Source: Saccostrea cucullata
Lineage: Eukaryota
NCBI RefSeq assembly: GCF_032062105.1
Contig: NW_026928881.1
Span: 186,001 to 250,000, forward strand
Reading direction: 5' to 3'
DNA: 64,000 bases
The stretch's first letter is position 1. Every line of letters begins with the position of its first letter. Of the stretch, positions 60,853-64,000 are shown in pieces. The notes below the pieces were generated by a model. It saw only the letters and a list, made by a program, of their open reading frames with translations. It had not been told where the DNA came from and did no database searches. A program made the translations under genes and the position numbers.

Positions 60853-61215
60853 GAAACCCCATTGAGCTGATTTTTGTTAACTTTTTTCGCGTTGTATCCA
60901 TAGGCACCTATTATTATGTCGCGAATAAACTCGAAACTTTCGCGAAAATTACGCGTTTCGTTCGCGTTACAACGCGTTGCTTTCACGAATGCTTTCAAAA
61001 GGTTGTATCTTTACACCAATCAGAAACTTCTCTCTACTGTACTGATAAAAAAAAAATCACTGCATTAATTAGGGGTGAGGGGGTAATTAAGCTGTGAAAT
61101 CGATGCACAAAGGCGAAAATGAAAATAAAATAAAACCTATTTAAAGCATGAAAACCATGATAGCAACTACTGTATGGAAGTCGAAACCCAAATGATGTAT
61201 GCCTTTATTGCGCTA

Positions 61216-62172
61216 TTTATTGTCCCCCGCTTTCGCGAAAGCGAGGGGACATTAAATCTCATTCGTCTGTCTAGCTGTCCGTCTGTCCGTCAGTCTGTCA
61301 GTCTGTCCGTCACAAAAAAATTTAACCTTGCCCATAACTTTTGATTAAGTAGAGCTATGACTATTATATTTCACATGTGTATTCCTTGTGATAAGACCTT
61401 TCTTTGGGTACCACCAAATTTGACCTTTTGACCTTGACCTTGGAGTTTGACCCACTTTTACACAAAAAATTCCATACTTTTACTTTGGTCATTACTTTTA
61501 AATGGTAGACACTAGGACTTTCATATTTCACATATAGATTCTTTGTGACAAGACCTTTCACTGGATACCAACAACTTTGACCTTTTGACCTTGACCTTGG
61601 AGATTATTTATGAAAAAACTTTAACCTTGACCATAACTTTTGAACGGTAAGGGCTAGGGTTTTCATACTTCATATATGTAATCCTTGTGAAAAGGCCTTT
61701 CATTGGCTACCAAGAACTTTCACCCTTTGATCTTGACCTTGGAGTTTGACCTACTTTTCAAAAACGTTGACTTTTGCCACAACTTTGAACAATAGAAACT
61801 AGGACTTTCATATATTTTACATATGTATTCTTTGTGGCAAGACCTTTTATTGGATACCAATAGCCTTGACCTTTTGTCCTTGACCTTGGAGATTTTTTGT
61901 ATATATGAAAAAACTTTAACCTTGACCATAACTTTTGAATGGTAAGGGCTAGGGCTTTCATACTTCACATATGTAATCCTTGTGAGAAGACTTTTCATCG
62001 GATACCAAAAACTTTAACCCTTTGACCTTGACCTTGGAGTTCAGTGATGATTATTTTATGACATACATGTATGATAGGGTGTTCATATAACACAAAATAT
62101 TTCATAAAAAATGACATCTCACCCACAAAGACACCGAAAGCGGGGGACCACAATTCCTTGAATGTGCTTGTT
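61216..62172 (+). mobile_element. HINE copy 6 (second terminus type, same units as copies 1-4)
   Basis: Head hairpin TGTCCCCCGCTTTCGCGAAAGCGAGGGGACA, GTCC/GTCT microsatellite, tail CGAAAGCGGGGGAC...GCTTGTT. Confidence 0.9.
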
Positions 62173-63592
62173 TATATTTTAGTTACTTTGTAGATATACA
62201 GTTGTACGTGTATGTTGTTTATTAAACCTTCGAACTGACATATGCGTAGAAGTTATCATATGCAGTGTTTAATTATTAATGAAGGTTCAAATTTCAACAA
62301 GGGACTAAACTGATACATCCGATTACATATTACGTGATATCAAAATGATATTCTGTTCAGCTCAATAGCGAAAAAAAATATCTTCTGCACGAAAGGAAAT
62401 GGAGCGAACAAGGTTCAGGCATCTGTGTGCAGGTATATATTTTACTTTCGTTAAATGTGCTTTAAGTAGGGTTTTTATAAAGATACCATTCACTTTAAAA
62501 ATAAACTGATGTCCAGTACGTAAAGTCTCTGTATTACTGAAAACGTACATGCCAACCAAAATCTATGCGTGCTTTATTCGAACTTGTGTGCAGATAAAGA
62601 AGGGGGGTCTATCTACTCCAACATGCCAGAGGTTCACGGTGAGATACTTTTGACTTGTTTCCGAGGTATATAAGGAGCGTAGGGACTCTTACTTGTAGGA
62701 GTAGGGTCGGCCCAGACCCCTTCCTCCGCAGTTTTGAGCTTTAAAAAATTGTGTAAACAAATTACTTTTGACCCCCCCCCCGAAAAAAATGTGACGCATG
62801 ATTCCACCTACTTTTTTTTATTAGTTCGAGAATTCGACAGTCACGCGCTAAAAGTATATTAGTGGTGTGGTGTCCTTAATTGCCTCTAGGGGGAACTATA
62901 CATGTTTACAAGTGATGTTGCAAAAGCAACAACGTGAGGGGCAGCTGGAAGGAAACAATATCAGTCTGGACCTTAACAAAAAACCACACGGGTCCTGAAA
63001 TGCGAGAACTCATTATGTAAAAACCGGGGATGGGGATGGATTTTAAGTTAGGATGAATGGGGATATAAATTTTCATAAAATGTATAAAATGACAACAGGA
63101 ACTCGAAATATTTGTAATAGGGTATGTTTTACAAGACCGTCTTTAATAGAAAAAGTCCGGCAAAAATGTACCTATTTTCCTCAGCTCTCCTTTTCCACAG
63201 GACTTAAAAAATATATGGGATTGGGGAGTAATGTGCGCCCCTCTCTTTAAACTTCTTTCTAATTGAAGCCGGATTTCAACTTTGGAAATCTCGTTCAAAT
63301 ACAGATCTCTATAAATAGCACTTTTGTAGAAATATGTCTTTAAATCAGATCGCAACTTTGATGGTTCAATTCTTAATTTTTTACAGTATGATAATGAAGA
63401 TTGGGGGGGGGGGGGGGGGGGGGGGGGGGCAAGGCGGGCAGAATGCCTATATTCAGAAATCATATTTAGTATGTGAATAGAGTATTTAAATTAAATTCTC
63501 ATTATTGAAATTTATTAAATTATGAGAGAAAAACTTTTTGTAAGGGAAAAAAAAATCTCGTTAAATTTTTTTCTTTTATAAAGTTATTAGAT

Positions 63593-63674
63593 GGTATTCG
63601 TGGGATTCGAACTTTAGCAATAAGAATCCGAAGTATCATTCTACTTTGAAACTAACGCGCTAACCACAATGCTA
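63593..63674 (-). mobile_element. tRNA-derived SINE-like head (pol III A and B boxes), not a functional tRNA
   Basis: Minus strand reads TAGCATTGTGGTTAGCGCG...GTTCGAATCCCAC; no clean cloverleaf. Confidence 0.55.
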
Positions 63675-63786
63675 CATGGTTCATGGTGATTCTGGGCATT
63701 TAAATAATATTTTTTGATATGACCCTTGACTTAATGGACTTGAAGATGCGAATGTTTTGCCATAAAAGTGTACTTTTAAGGTGTAG

Positions 63787-63879
63787 TGGCATTCTCTATC
63801 CAGAGCTGTCTTCCGCTACGCTCACAACAGTGTATGTGGGAGCGGAAGCGGGAACGACAACTCTGGACAGAGAATGCCA
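63787..63879. mobile_element. 93-bp palindromic MITE-like hairpin
   Basis: TGGCATTCTCTATCCAGAGCTGTC pairs with GACAACTCTGGACAGAGAATGCCA; inner TTCCGCT/AGCGGAA. Confidence 0.7.
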
Positions 63880-64000
63880 AAAAACGTATATTTTATTGCA
63901 AACTTTTAGGATTATCTTTCAGAAAAATGGAGCGAAGACCCACTCATATTAAAAAAAATTGTTAAAGTATTCTTTTTAGTCTGTGTATATGCTTTTTCAT

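Noticed and set aside
55495-61998. Many 60-115 aa ORFs with repeated KGLVTKNTYVKYESPS-like motifs
   Set aside because: They are translations of the ~145-bp HINE satellite unit in both orientations, full of indels, not a protein family.
63593-63674. tRNA gene
   Set aside because: A and B boxes are present but there is no consistent acceptor or anticodon stem; treated as SINE-like.
63719-63952. 77-aa ORF with a GC-rich core
   Set aside because: The GC-rich part is the palindromic MITE-like hairpin; no protein similarity recognised.

Overview
AT-rich eukaryotic genomic DNA, most likely a bivalve (oyster-like), judged from its Helentron/HINE satellite-carrying elements and MITE families. The window is dominated by one + strand, roughly 30-exon gene for a Slo2/KCNT (Slack/Slick-type) potassium channel, from about 5800 to the stop at 52532. 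I reconstructed it by hand from GT-AG junctions and phase continuity. It has at least three alternative, phase-compatible first coding exons (5800, 8755, 14906). The first coding exon of a FAM20B-like xylosylkinase lies antisense (6608-6917) between two of them, so the genes appear interleaved. I could not find the exon for transmembrane segment S1, and the exons on either side of the gap are phase-incompatible. Several exon boundaries carry short tandem duplications that create decoy splice sites. The protein differs from mammalian KCNT1 at the Na+-sensor motif and at the S6 gate residue. Introns and the 3' flank hold many non-autonomous transposons (HINEs, Kolobok-like, mariner, hAT, MITEs), including six satellite-bearing HINEs at 55.4-62.2 kb. 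Family assignments and human residue numbers come from recalled sequences; no database search was run.
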